This document shows positions 17,453 to 25,757 of a DNA stretch of 64,000 nt, one piece after another. The notes beneath the pieces are model-generated. The model ran no database searches. It was not told the origin of the DNA and was given only the letters and a program-made list of their open reading frames with translations. The first letter of the stretch is position 1; each line of letters starts with the position of its first letter. Origin of the DNA: Escherichia phage vB_EcoM-LTH02; sequence record PP430346. One strand, written 5' to 3'. Made by a program: the position numbers and the translations under genes.

Positions 17453-18640
17453 ATGGCAGTAGGTGAAATTCAAATTAGTGCCTTGCCTCAAGCAGCCTTA
17501 CCAATTGACCTTAGTGATATCTTCCATCTTAAGCAGGGTATTGAGGATAAGAGATGTACTCTTGAGCAATTACTTGCTCCACACTCAAGCCTAAAAAATA
17601 ACCCTCATGGTGTTACTAAAACACAAATTGGTTTAGATAATGTTATTAATGCTCTTCAGTTAGTCGCTGCAAATAACTTATCAGATATTGTTAATGTAGC
17701 TGAGGCAAGAGCAAATCTACAGATTATGTCTTCAGAAGAGGTTAATAACCTTGTCCAGCAACATATCAAGGACAAGAGTAACCCACACAATACAACTAAG
17801 GCACAGGTTGGTTTAAGTAATGTCCAGAACTGGACAACATCTAATCTGTATAACGAAGATGCAGATAAGTATGCTACAGCAAGAGCAGTAAATAACTTGT
17901 ACAAGGCTGTTCAGGCTTCTTATCCAGTAGGTACTATCCATCTTTCTATGAACTCTGCAAACCCCTCTACATACTTAATTTGTGGAGGTACTTGGGAGTT
18001 GGTTTCAAAAGGTAGGGCATTGGTTGGTTATGACTCTGATACAAGGCCAGCAGGTTCTGTATTTGGTGCTTCAACTGTCACTTTGTCAGTTAATAACATG
18101 CCTCAACACTCACATTCTGTGTCTCTTAGTGGTGGCGGTCACACTCATAATGCAACTGTTTCAATTTCAGCTTTTGATTATGGAACTAAGACTACCAACT
18201 CTTTTGACTATGGAACAAAGACCACTAACACAACTGGTAACCATAATCACGTTGGCAGTGGGTCAACAAGTGCTGCTGGTGCTCACAACCACAGATTGAC
18301 CTATGAAGCAGGTGGTGGTCTATCGGAAAGACCTGCAATGGTCTGGTCTACAAGGAATGACCAATCATGGTACTCAGCAGATGCTGTCTGTGAAGTCGCT
18401 GGTTCGCACACCCACTCTTTTAGCGTTACCACTAATACAACTGGTAACCATAATCATACGGTGGGTATTGGTGCTCATAGCCATACAGTTGGTATTGGTT
18501 CACACACACACAATGGTACTGTGGCAGTTTCTTCTTCTGAGCATACACATAGTGGAAACACTAATAGTGTTGGTGGTGGACAAGCTTTCAACATTGAACA
18601 GCCATCATTCGTACTGTATGTATGGCAGAGAACAGCTTAA
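17453..18640 (+). CDS. Tail fiber protein with His-x-His-rich C-terminal tip
   Basis: 395 aa; C-terminal third contains about nine H-x-H motifs (HSHS, HTHN, HNHV...) and a duplicated FDYGTKTTN unit; ends in WQRTA, homologous to the C-terminus of the next ORF. Confidence 0.6.
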   Translation: MAVGEIQISALPQAALPIDLSDIFHLKQGIEDKRCTLEQLLAPHSSLKNNPHGVTKTQIGLDNVINALQLVAANNLSDIVNVAEARANLQIMSSEEVNNLVQQHIKDKSNPHNTTKAQVGLSNVQNWTTSNLYNEDADKYATARAVNNLYKAVQASYPVGTIHLSMNSANPSTYLICGGTWELVSKGRALVGYDSDTRPAGSVFGASTVTLSVNNMPQHSHSVSLSGGGHTHNATVSISAFDYGTKTTNSFDYGTKTTNTTGNHNHVGSGSTSAAGAHNHRLTYEAGGGLSERPAMVWSTRNDQSWYSADAVCEVAGSHTHSFSVTTNTTGNHNHTVGIGAHSHTVGIGSHTHNGTVAVSSSEHTHSGNTNSVGGGQAFNIEQPSFVLYVWQRTA

Positions 18641-18650
18641 TTTCTTTACA

Positions 18651-18670
18651 GGGGCTTTATAGCCCCTTTT
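18651..18670 (+). terminator. Rho-independent terminator after first tail fiber gene
   Basis: GGGGCT-TTAT-AGCCCC hairpin followed by TTTT. Confidence 0.55.
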
Positions 18671-18686
18671 AAGAGGAAAATTTATA

Positions 18687-21071
18687 ATGGCAGATTACAA
18701 ATTGAGTGAATTAAACTCAATCGACACAATCCGTTCAGATGACCTTCTTCATGTCAGAGTTAAAAAGAGACCTGAAATGCTGGGTGATGAAGACCGTCGA
18801 ATGACCTATCAAGATTTCTTAGCATCTTTTAAGCTTGAGAGATTTGTTCAGATTATTGGTAGTACCATGACGGGTGATTTAGGTATTGTTAAGTTACTTT
18901 ATGGTGGTAAGACAGTATTTGACCCTACAGGCTCTTCTGAGATTAATATTGGGGATGTTTTAAAGACTTTTAAAATTAACGCAAATGGTCTTAAGCTAAC
19001 TATTGCAGATGCTTCAAGGTCGGCAACTGTTTATCATACCCTGAATAAACCAAGTCCTAATGAGCTTGGGATGAGAACTAATGAAGAGAATGATGCAAGA
19101 TACTCAAGATTAGCTGCAAATAACATCTTTACCTTCCAACAGGTTATTCAAGCAAACGGTGAAGCCATTAGGTTAAAAAACTCTTCTGAGAACTCACCGC
19201 TGTATATTAGAGGTCAGGATAGCACTGGTGCTAATAGGTGGTATGTAGGTAATGGTTCAGGGAATGATGATGTTATTATCCACAACTACAAGACAGGTTG
19301 TGAAGTTAATCTGTCTAGTGTTGCTGCTATTAGCAAAACACTAAGAATCACTGGTCAAGTTCAACCATCTGACTTCTCTAACTTAGATGCTAGATATTTT
19401 ACTCAGACAGTAGCTAATCAGAGATTTGCACAGTTAGCTGCTAATAATAATTTTACTGGAACAAACACGTTTAGTAGAAACCTACTTATCATCAGTGACA
19501 GTGCTGCTTTAAGGTTGAAAAATACTGTAGCAAATGCTGCGCTATACGTTAAAGCCGAAGCTAATGATGGTTCTGGTAAGTGGTATGTAGGAAATGGTGA
19601 TAATACATCTGCTGTATTCCTCAGCAACTATGTATATGGTTCTTATCTTAGACTTGACAATGGACATGTCGCAGTCAACCAGAACTTCAGAATCACTGGT
19701 CAAGTTCAACCTTCAGATTGGGCTAACATTGACTCTAGATACATCCCAGCCGCAACTTTGAGTAACCTACCTAAACTTAATGTTGCTAACACATTTGTGA
19801 ATGTGCAAACTATTGTATCAAATAATGAAGGCGTAGTATTGAGGAACTTAACACAGGGACAGCCACAATATATCCGTGGTGTTGATACTGCGAATGTATC
19901 TAGGTGGTGGGTAGGTGTTGGTGGCACAAATTCTACTGATGTAGCATTAAACAACAGCTACTCTGGGACTCAAATTACTCTTATGTCCTCAGCGATTAAA
20001 GCTAATAAGAATCTAACCATTACTGGTCAAGTACAACCATCTGATTGGTCTAACTTAGATGCTAGATACTTTGTTAAGACTCAGTTATTAAATCAATCCT
20101 TGATGACTGTATCTGTAGATAATCTTGAAAACCCTTCAGCATTTAATCTTGGGTATTCAGGTTTTGTCAGAAACAACAGTGTGACTAGTGGTCTGAAAGA
20201 GTTGGCAATTCATGTTGCTCACTCTAATAAGTCTGCTGCACACGCAAGGGGTATCTCTTTTGTATACGGTTCAAACGGTTTGGCAACATTCACCTATGCC
20301 TATGACAAAAATGGTGACTATGCCGGAGAGGCACAGCTTTACACAACTGATTTTAAACCAACCCCTTCAGATATCGGTGCATACACTAAAGCTGAGACTG
20401 ACCAGAAGATTGCACAGGCAGTAAGTGACTCTACAGACCTTAATAAAATCTACCCAGTTGGTATTGTAACGTGGTTTAACAGTAATGTTAACCCTAACAC
20501 AGCGTTGCCTGGGTTAACTTGGACGTACCTGAACAATGGTGTTGGTAGAACTATCAGAATCGCAGCAGCAAACGGTTCAGATGTTGCTACAACTGGTGGT
20601 TCAGACTCTGTAACTTTAGCTGTTGGTAACTTACCATCACACACTCACAGTTTCTCTGCTACCACTTCATCTTTTGATTATGGTACGAAGGGCACTAATA
20701 GTACTGGTGGTCATACTCACTCTGTAAGTGGTACAACAAGTGCTGCTGGTAACCACGCTCACCACTTAGGTCTGCTATTGGTTAATGGTGGTGATGCTTT
20801 GTACGGATATACAACAGTTGGTAACAGCCTCCCTAGAACGCTTGACTGGCTTGATAGAAGAGATAACAAGTTCCCTAACACTAACACAACTGGTAACCAT
20901 ACACACACATGGTCTGGTACTACAAGCGGTGCTGGCGACCATTCCCACTCTGTAGGTATTGGTGCTCACAGCCACACAGTTAGTGGTAACACTGGTAGTA
21001 CAGGTTCTGGTTCGGCATTTAGTGTTACTAACCAGTTCTACAAGTTAATGGCTTGGGTAAGAACTGCTTAA
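18687..21071 (+). CDS. Long tail fiber protein
   Basis: 794 aa; three tandem ~115-aa repeats each containing RWYVGNG...ITGQVQPSD(F/W)SNLDARYF; C-terminal 190 aa paralogous to the preceding fiber ([28 protein letters not shown], ends WVRTA). Confidence 0.65.
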   Translation: MADYKLSELNSIDTIRSDDLLHVRVKKRPEMLGDEDRRMTYQDFLASFKLERFVQIIGSTMTGDLGIVKLLYGGKTVFDPTGSSEINIGDVLKTFKINANGLKLTIADASRSATVYHTLNKPSPNELGMRTNEENDARYSRLAANNIFTFQQVIQANGEAIRLKNSSENSPLYIRGQDSTGANRWYVGNGSGNDDVIIHNYKTGCEVNLSSVAAISKTLRITGQVQPSDFSNLDARYFTQTVANQRFAQLAANNNFTGTNTFSRNLLIISDSAALRLKNTVANAALYVKAEANDGSGKWYVGNGDNTSAVFLSNYVYGSYLRLDNGHVAVNQNFRITGQVQPSDWANIDSRYIPAATLSNLPKLNVANTFVNVQTIVSNNEGVVLRNLTQGQPQYIRGVDTANVSRWWVGVGGTNSTDVALNNSYSGTQITLMSSAIKANKNLTITGQVQPSDWSNLDARYFVKTQLLNQSLMTVSVDNLENPSAFNLGYSGFVRNNSVTSGLKELAIHVAHSNKSAAHARGISFVYGSNGLATFTYAYDKNGDYAGEAQLYTTDFKPTPSDIGAYTKAETDQKIAQAVSDSTDLNKIYPVGIVTWFNSNVNPNTALPGLTWTYLNNGVGRTIRIAAANGSDVATTGGSDSVTLAVGNLPSHTHSFSATTSSFDYGTKGTNSTGGHTHSVSGTTSAAGNHAHHLGLLLVNGGDALYGYTTVGNSLPRTLDWLDRRDNKFPNTNTTGNHTHTWSGTTSGAGDHSHSVGIGAHSHTVSGNTGSTGSGSAFSVTNQFYKLMAWVRTA
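19150..20100 (+). repeat. Three tandem ~345-bp coding repeats inside the long tail fiber gene
   Basis: Near-identical cores ATCACTGGTCAAGTTCAACC(A/T)TC(T/A)GA at 19347, 19692 and 20040. Confidence 0.6.
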
Positions 21072-21078
21072 TCCCTTG

Positions 21079-21133
21079 TTGACTGATTGTCAAGATGGTG
21101 TTAATATTTTTTATGGGTATTCTCACCATCTTG
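21079..21133 (+). promoter_or_regulatory. Palindrome TTGAC-N5-GTCAA plus 10-bp perfect inverted repeat in the 5' leader of gene 21151
   Basis: TTGACTGATTGTCAA at 21079-21093; CAAGATGGTG (21091-21100) and CACCATCTTG (21124-21133) are exact reverse complements with a 23-nt AT-rich loop; RBS GAGGTG follows. Confidence 0.35.
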
Positions 21134-21150
21134 GCTGATGAGGTGATTAA

Positions 21151-21348
21151 ATGCCTACAATCCTAGCAATTCTTCTAAAAAATCTAGGTAGCTTCTTCTG
21201 GAAACTCATTTTATCCCTTCTAAGTGAATACATGATTGAGAAAGTGTTCTTTAGGCTTGCAAGATACCTTGCGAGTAAAACAGACACACCTATTGATGAT
21301 GAGTTCGTAGATAACTTAGAAAAAGCTTTTAAGGGGGAGAATAAATGA
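21151..21348 (+). CDS. Small membrane protein (holin-like?)
   Basis: 65 aa with hydrophobic N-terminal segment ILAILLKNLGSFFWKLILSLL. Confidence 0.35.
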   Translation: MPTILAILLKNLGSFFWKLILSLLSEYMIEKVFFRLARYLASKTDTPIDDEFVDNLEKAFKGENK

Positions 21349-21716
21349 AGTGGCTAGAGGAAGCTTTTAAAAATAATATTGGTGCAATTGTAGTTGGTAT
21401 TTTTAGTGTTATTGGGATGTATACCACCATGCAAGTCTCGGATGGTAAGCAAGAAGTGTCTATCACAACAAAGTTACAGCAGTTAGATAATTATTCCAAA
21501 AGTAATTATTCAGCTATTCGTGATTTACAGTCTGATATGAGGCTGCTTCAGCTAGGGATGGAGAACCAGAAAGTCCAGTTAGAGAATGTTAAGGGTGAGA
21601 ACGCAAAACTTACTAAGACTCTTGATAAATTCTCTGATAGTGTGAACAATCTGGCTCAATCAGTATCAGCCCTCCAAGCTATTACTGAAAAGAACACAAA
21701 GAATACTGAAAAGTAA
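21345..21716 (+). CDS. Membrane-anchored coiled-coil protein
   Basis: N-terminal TM helix (IGAIVVGIFSVIGMY) followed by a Q/L-rich helical domain; start overlaps the previous stop (ATGA). Confidence 0.35.
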   Translation: MKWLEEAFKNNIGAIVVGIFSVIGMYTTMQVSDGKQEVSITTKLQQLDNYSKSNYSAIRDLQSDMRLLQLGMENQKVQLENVKGENAKLTKTLDKFSDSVNNLAQSVSALQAITEKNTKNTEK

Positions 21717-21723
21717 AGTTTAA

Positions 21724-21749
21724 GGCTCCTTTTTACGGGAGCCTTTTTT
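21724..21749 (+). terminator. Rho-independent terminator closing the late/structural operon
   Basis: GGCTCC-TTTTTAC-GGGAGCC followed by TTTTTTGTTTT. Confidence 0.55.
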
Positions 21750-21752
21750 GTT

Positions 21753-22652
21753 TTATTTACCTACTGACAAAGGTGCTTCAATCTTTCCTGCATGTTGGTA
21801 ATTGTTAATACCACCGATAAAGTCACTTGCAGTGAGATGTTTTAAGTCACTTAAAGTGTTAAGCTGTAAACCAATCTCAAAAGTCGGTGCATGAAACTCT
21901 TCATTGTTCATCAGTTCATAAACCTGCTTCATATGATTCTGATAAATCTGAGTATCTCCAAAAACACCTATCAAGTACCGTGGAGTGTATCCAGTCATCT
22001 TACAAAGAACTTCCAGAATAAATCCATAAGATGCAATATTAAACGGAAGTCCTAAAAAGGTGTCTACAGAACGCTGATACCATTGTAAGTCAACTTCACC
22101 CTCGTTAGTGATATAAATCTGAAACAGAACATGACAAGGTGCTAGAGCCATTGAGTTTGCTGCAATATCTGCTGCATTCCAAGCATTAACAAGCATGTAA
22201 CGGTCTGTGATATCACCCTTCATCTTCGTTACTAAGGTCTCTAACTGGTCTACAACACAGCCGTTATGACCTTCAAAGTTTCTCCACTGAACCCCATAAA
22301 TCCTTCCACCTGCATCTTCTAACCAATCTTGCTCAGAAGAGTAATTAGAGCTTAACCAGCGTTTAAAATCATCTGACCAGATTGTCCAACGTTCACCATC
22401 ATTTTCACCCCAAGTACGGTAACGGAGTTCACCAAGCTTATTCTCACCGTTCAGGAACCATAAAGCTTCCCCAATAACTTGCCGTGTAAACACCTGTTTA
22501 GATGTTAAGAGAGGGAAACCAGTTCGCATATCAAAACGAAACTGAGGTGGAGCAAATGCAGAGATAACATCTCCAGTTCGTGTAGTACGCAGTTCACCAA
22601 CTGATAAAACATGGTTCAGGATATTTTTGTAACTTGAATCTGCTTGTGACAT
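21753..22652 (-). CDS. thyA: Thymidylate synthase
   Basis: Contains the catalytic PCH motif (LAPCHVLFQ) and DMRTGFPLLTSK folate/dUMP-binding region typical of ThyA. Confidence 0.85.
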   Translation of the reverse strand: MSQADSSYKNILNHVLSVGELRTTRTGDVISAFAPPQFRFDMRTGFPLLTSKQVFTRQVIGEALWFLNGENKLGELRYRTWGENDGERWTIWSDDFKRWLSSNYSSEQDWLEDAGGRIYGVQWRNFEGHNGCVVDQLETLVTKMKGDITDRYMLVNAWNAADIAANSMALAPCHVLFQIYITNEGEVDLQWYQRSVDTFLGLPFNIASYGFILEVLCKMTGYTPRYLIGVFGDTQIYQNHMKQVYELMNNEEFHAPTFEIGLQLNTLSDLKHLTASDFIGGINNYQHAGKIEAPLSVGK

Positions 22653-22653
22653 A

Positions 22654-23199
22654 TCAAAAGTGTCCTTTTACTTGTGGAACATAAATTTCAAAAGTTGCTT
22701 TACCATCCTCTGATGGTTTTGATTGTACCTTTGTAAATACACGGTTATCATACAGCTTCTCAAAGAAGTTTTCAAAAGGTAAATGCACAGTGGCCTCTTC
22801 AGTAACTTTATGGAAAACTGTATGGAACACCACACCAGCATACGGTAAAGCATTGACAAGGACACCTGCACCACCAATTACAAAGACATCTTCATCAATA
22901 GAGCTATCAAGATACTTCAAAAATGCTCCAAATGAATCTTTACTGGCTTTAGCATACATTACATCATCTTTGCCAAAGTCTATACCTAAGTATGGTACAG
23001 AATTTGTTAAGATGAGGTTTGCACGTTCTGGTAAAGGTTTACTACCCAGAGTCTTAAAAGTCTCATTACCCATCACTACTAAGTTATTTTTAGTGAGTCT
23101 CTTAAACTCTTGCATATCCTGTTTATGTCGAGGCCACGGCATACCAGTTGGAGTACCAAACTCACCATTTTCACCACTTGCAAAGATTAATTTAATCAT
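22654..23199 (-). CDS. frd: Dihydrofolate reductase
   Basis: N-terminus MIKLIFASGENGEFG...GMPW and internal VIGGAGVLVNALPYA match the DHFR fold signature; sits directly upstream of thyA as in T4-type td-frd pairs. Confidence 0.75.
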   Translation of the reverse strand: MIKLIFASGENGEFGTPTGMPWPRHKQDMQEFKRLTKNNLVVMGNETFKTLGSKPLPERANLILTNSVPYLGIDFGKDDVMYAKASKDSFGAFLKYLDSSIDEDVFVIGGAGVLVNALPYAGVVFHTVFHKVTEEATVHLPFENFFEKLYDNRVFTKVQSKPSEDGKATFEIYVPQVKGHF

Positions 23200-23456
23200 T
23201 TTGTAAACCCTCTCTTAATGAACCAGTTGATAACAGTCTTCACAGCTTTATTGCTATGATAGATTAAGTGTGGTGTAGGTTGGTATGAACCATAAGCCCA
23301 GAATGATAGGTGCTCACCACAACCAACACATGTAGTACTCTCTTCAGCTATATGACCATTAACAATCATATGAACTTCACCTTGTAAGTCTGTACATCCA
23401 CAATGTGGACAACGAATGGGTGTTCCATCAGACTCATAGCAGTGTTCAATTTTCAT
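23196..23456 (-). CDS. Zinc-ribbon protein
   Basis: CPHCGC...CVGCGEH pairs of CxxC; start overlaps DHFR stop. Confidence 0.4.
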   Translation of the reverse strand: MKIEHCYESDGTPIRCPHCGCTDLQGEVHMIVNGHIAEESTTCVGCGEHLSFWAYGSYQPTPHLIYHSNKAVKTVINWFIKRGFTK

Positions 23457-23972
23457 TTATTTAACCTCAAAAACTGGTTCAAGAACCAATATAAAGTCTA
23501 CACAGTCATCTTCTTCATCCAGAATACCATCAAAGTTCTTAGGAACGAAGTCGAAGAGGCTCATAACAAAGCAGTCAGAAGTAACTCTAATAGTGCCTCC
23601 CATATTCTCTACAGTCAACACTGTACGACTTTCTTTTACCTCTCTCAGAAGATTACTCACAAAGTCATCTAAGAAGTACTTCATCAGTGACTTAAAACCT
23701 TTAGGGTAATCTGTACCAGAGTATGTTTCAATCTGAGGTACAAGCTTAACATTTATACTAGTCTTTGCTAAGAACGTGCTAGAGAACATACTATCAGGTA
23801 ACTTGCAAACAGTCTTTCCAGTGCCTTCATGCTCAATCTCAACAAAACCAGCTTCATCACCACACGTAACTATTTTAAAAGATGCTTCATTCTCATACTG
23901 TGAAGCCATGAACTTTTTAAGCATCACTTTAAGGAAATCTGCATGAGCATCTTGTAAGTAGATATCAATCAT
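23457..23972 (-). CDS. Hypothetical protein
   Basis: 171-aa ORF in a tightly packed minus-strand early-type block. Confidence 0.4.
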   Translation of the reverse strand: MIDIYLQDAHADFLKVMLKKFMASQYENEASFKIVTCGDEAGFVEIEHEGTGKTVCKLPDSMFSSTFLAKTSINVKLVPQIETYSGTDYPKGFKSLMKYFLDDFVSNLLREVKESRTVLTVENMGGTIRVTSDCFVMSLFDFVPKNFDGILDEEDDCVDFILVLEPVFEVK

Positions 23973-23985
23973 AATTCATCACCTA

Positions 23986-24345
23986 TTATGGGAACAGACA
24001 CTTGATGTCATCATTTTTGAAAACAAAGCTTGTGTAGTTGTGACCGTCAACATCCAACCAAACAGCCTGAACATCTACACCATCAAGATTCTGGTAAAGC
24101 TCTTTGATGAAGTGGTCTTTCACAATCTGACTGCTAGTTGTTTCCAGCTTAATGTTTGAGATTGCTGAACCTACAGCCATATAACCCATGACGCGTTTCT
24201 TCTCAGTATGCTTAATCTTACCATCTTTGTAGGCCATAATGAGATTGGAAAGAATCTTCACACCATAATACTTTTCAAGGTGAGTTGGTACACCATAAAA
24301 GCCTAATGCGAAGTTTTCAGAGTGGATAATGTTTTCACGTTTCAT
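23986..24345 (-). CDS. Hypothetical protein
   Basis: 119-aa ORF, same block. Confidence 0.4.
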   Translation of the reverse strand: MKRENIIHSENFALGFYGVPTHLEKYYGVKILSNLIMAYKDGKIKHTEKKRVMGYMAVGSAISNIKLETTSSQIVKDHFIKELYQNLDGVDVQAVWLDVDGHNYTSFVFKNDDIKCLFP

Positions 24346-24346
24346 A

Positions 24347-24676
24347 TTAATCTGCCAACCTTAAATTAAAATTAACACCAAATTTTTCACATACTTCCAA
24401 CATAAACTCAAGAGAGACATTACCAGTGAGGTTGATTATGTTGGATACACGAGCCTGAGAGATACCACAAATTTTAGCAACTTGCTCTTGAGAAAGACCT
24501 CTGGATTTAATCTCTCTCTTAAAACGATGTGCAACGAAGTCTCTCATTTCGTCTACATCCATTGGACAAATATAACTCTCCATTTCAGCCTCTCTGTCAG
24601 CCTCCCAATCATCTTGTGGAGCATAAGGGTCAAAAACCTCATTCATCTTTCTTCTTCCGTTTTCGTGAAGTGTCAA
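24347..24676 (-). CDS. HTH (XRE/Cro-C1 type) DNA-binding protein; possible alternative start at 24646
   Basis: LSQEQVAKICGISQARVSNIINLTGNVSLEFMLEVCEKFGVNFNL is a classic helix-turn-helix XRE signature. Confidence 0.55.
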   Translation of the reverse strand: MTLHENGRRKMNEVFDPYAPQDDWEADREAEMESYICPMDVDEMRDFVAHRFKREIKSRGLSQEQVAKICGISQARVSNIINLTGNVSLEFMLEVCEKFGVNFNLRLAD

Positions 24677-24851
24677 TCAATGAATCTATGTTTGTAGCCC
24701 TAACCTTTTCACGTTCATCGTTAAGATAATCATCAAGAGCCTTTTCAATCTGTGAATCATCTTGACAGATAACTGTAAAGACTGTAAAGCCGTCTGTATC
24801 GTCAATTATCTTACCATAACCGCTTCTGGGATGTAACTTTTTAAGAGCCAT
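24639..24851 (-). CDS. Small protein partner upstream of the HTH gene
   Basis: 70-aa ORF overlapping the start of the HTH gene on the same strand. Confidence 0.35.
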   Translation of the reverse strand: MALKKLHPRSGYGKIIDDTDGFTVFTVICQDDSQIEKALDDYLNDEREKVRATNIDSLIDTSRKRKKKDE

Positions 24852-24852
24852 A

Positions 24853-25236
24853 TCAAATACCTGTGCAGCTTCTGTTTTCTAAGAAATACTCAACACCATA
24901 CATAGCTTTTTGCATCAAATCTTCTTTAAACTGAATACGATGATTGAGCATAGCCTGTACATCAATATCATCAGGGTGCTTCTCTTTAATATTTGCAGAT
25001 TGCAGGAAATACTCTGCAAGAACACGATACTGATAGTCAGTTACCTTATCAGTCATCTCTGTTAAAGACTCTTCAGAGATTGGTTTAAGTAACTCACCAT
25101 TAGCTAGAGCAACACCTTTAACAATCTGGCAAGTATCTTCTGGAACACCTGATAAGTCCACATTTGGAAGTTCTGTTGCATTGACTGGTAAATTCATTGC
25201 CATAACCATTGCAGCAGCTAATAAAATCTTTTTCAT
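24853..25236 (-). CDS. Secreted/periplasmic protein with Sec signal peptide
   Basis: N-terminus MKKILLAAAMVMAMNLPVNA-TE has the n/h/c-region layout of a signal peptide with an AxA-type cleavage site. Confidence 0.45.
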   Translation of the reverse strand: MKKILLAAAMVMAMNLPVNATELPNVDLSGVPEDTCQIVKGVALANGELLKPISEESLTEMTDKVTDYQYRVLAEYFLQSANIKEKHPDDIDVQAMLNHRIQFKEDLMQKAMYGVEYFLENRSCTGI

Positions 25237-25280
25237 AATGACCTCAAAGTTATATTAAATTTTGTATTACGTTGAGTATA

Positions 25281-25309
25281 AAAATAAGCTATAACACCTG
25301 ACTTGTCAA
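25281..25309 (-). promoter_or_regulatory. Candidate sigma70-like promoter for gene 24853-25236
   Basis: On the minus strand TTGACA (25309-25304), 17-nt spacer, TATTTT (25286-25281). Confidence 0.3.
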
Positions 25310-25327
25310 CAGATTTTATAGCTTATT

Positions 25328-25374
25328 TTGGCAGATTTTTTTATAAGGCTACTGCCATCCTTCCATACATTACC
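25328..25374. repeat. Conserved 47-bp block X, copy 1
   Basis: TTGGCAGATTTTTTTATAAGGCTACTGCCATCCTTCCATACATTACC; identical to 26863-26909; contains inverted repeat TGGCAG/CTGCCA. Confidence 0.7.
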
Positions 25375-25576
25375 TTACCACACCCTACCATACCTAACCA
25401 AACTACACCATACAATACCTTGTTAAAAGACCTTGTTTAAATGCCTTTTAAAAAGGTAAGTCTCATTTTAATGTAGCTGAGACTAACTACCCATACATTA
25501 CCTTACCATACCAGACCTCACCCTACCTTAACTTACCTTACTCTATCCTACCAAACACCACTTAAAAACCCTCTTA
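25355..25576. repeat. G-free CA/T-rich tracts of degenerate TACC-like units (island 1)
   Basis: Plus strand has no G at 25355-25421 and only one G (25514) across 25482-25576; built of TACC(A/T)-like units. Confidence 0.65.
25423..25492 (-). terminator. Conserved module Y copy 1: minus-strand intrinsic terminator with conserved downstream leader
   Basis: On the minus strand, hairpin GGUA..AGUCUCA-loop-UGAGACUUACC followed by UUUUU; 70-bp block differs from copy at 26968-27037 at 2 positions. Confidence 0.5.
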
Positions 25577-25594
25577 GAAGACTCTTAAGTGATG
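25559..25594. repeat. Conserved block Z copy 1 (CACTTAA...TTAAGTG inverted repeat)
   Basis: CACTTAAAAACCCTCTTAGAAGACTCTTAAGTGATG; repeated with one indel at 27144-27180; followed by a second hairpin with loop TTTTTATGTAGC. Confidence 0.55.
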
Positions 25595-25697
25595 TAATCG
25601 GATTTTTATGTAGCTCCGATTAACTACCCATACCAAGCCTAACCTGACCGCACCAAACTTTACAACACCACACCATACCTGACCATACCAAACCTCA

Positions 25698-25749
25698 TTA
25701 AAAGACCCTCTTAAAGACCTTTTAAAAAGGAGCCTCCGAAGAGGCTACC
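25698..25749 (-). terminator. Y-like module copy 3: terminator directly downstream of gene 25758-26198
   Basis: Same leader TTAAAAGACC(C)TCTTAAAGACCTTTTAAAAAGG joined to a different hairpin (GGAGCCTC-CGAA-GAGGCT); on the minus strand the hairpin is followed by UUUUU. Confidence 0.5.
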
Positions 25750-25757
25750 TAGTCAAC

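Noticed and set aside
25237-25757. tRNA or other structured RNA genes inside the repeat islands
   Set aside because: Hairpins are present but no cloverleaf geometry or T-loop/D-loop consensus; they are better explained as terminator/leader modules. A small regulatory RNA cannot be excluded without expression data.
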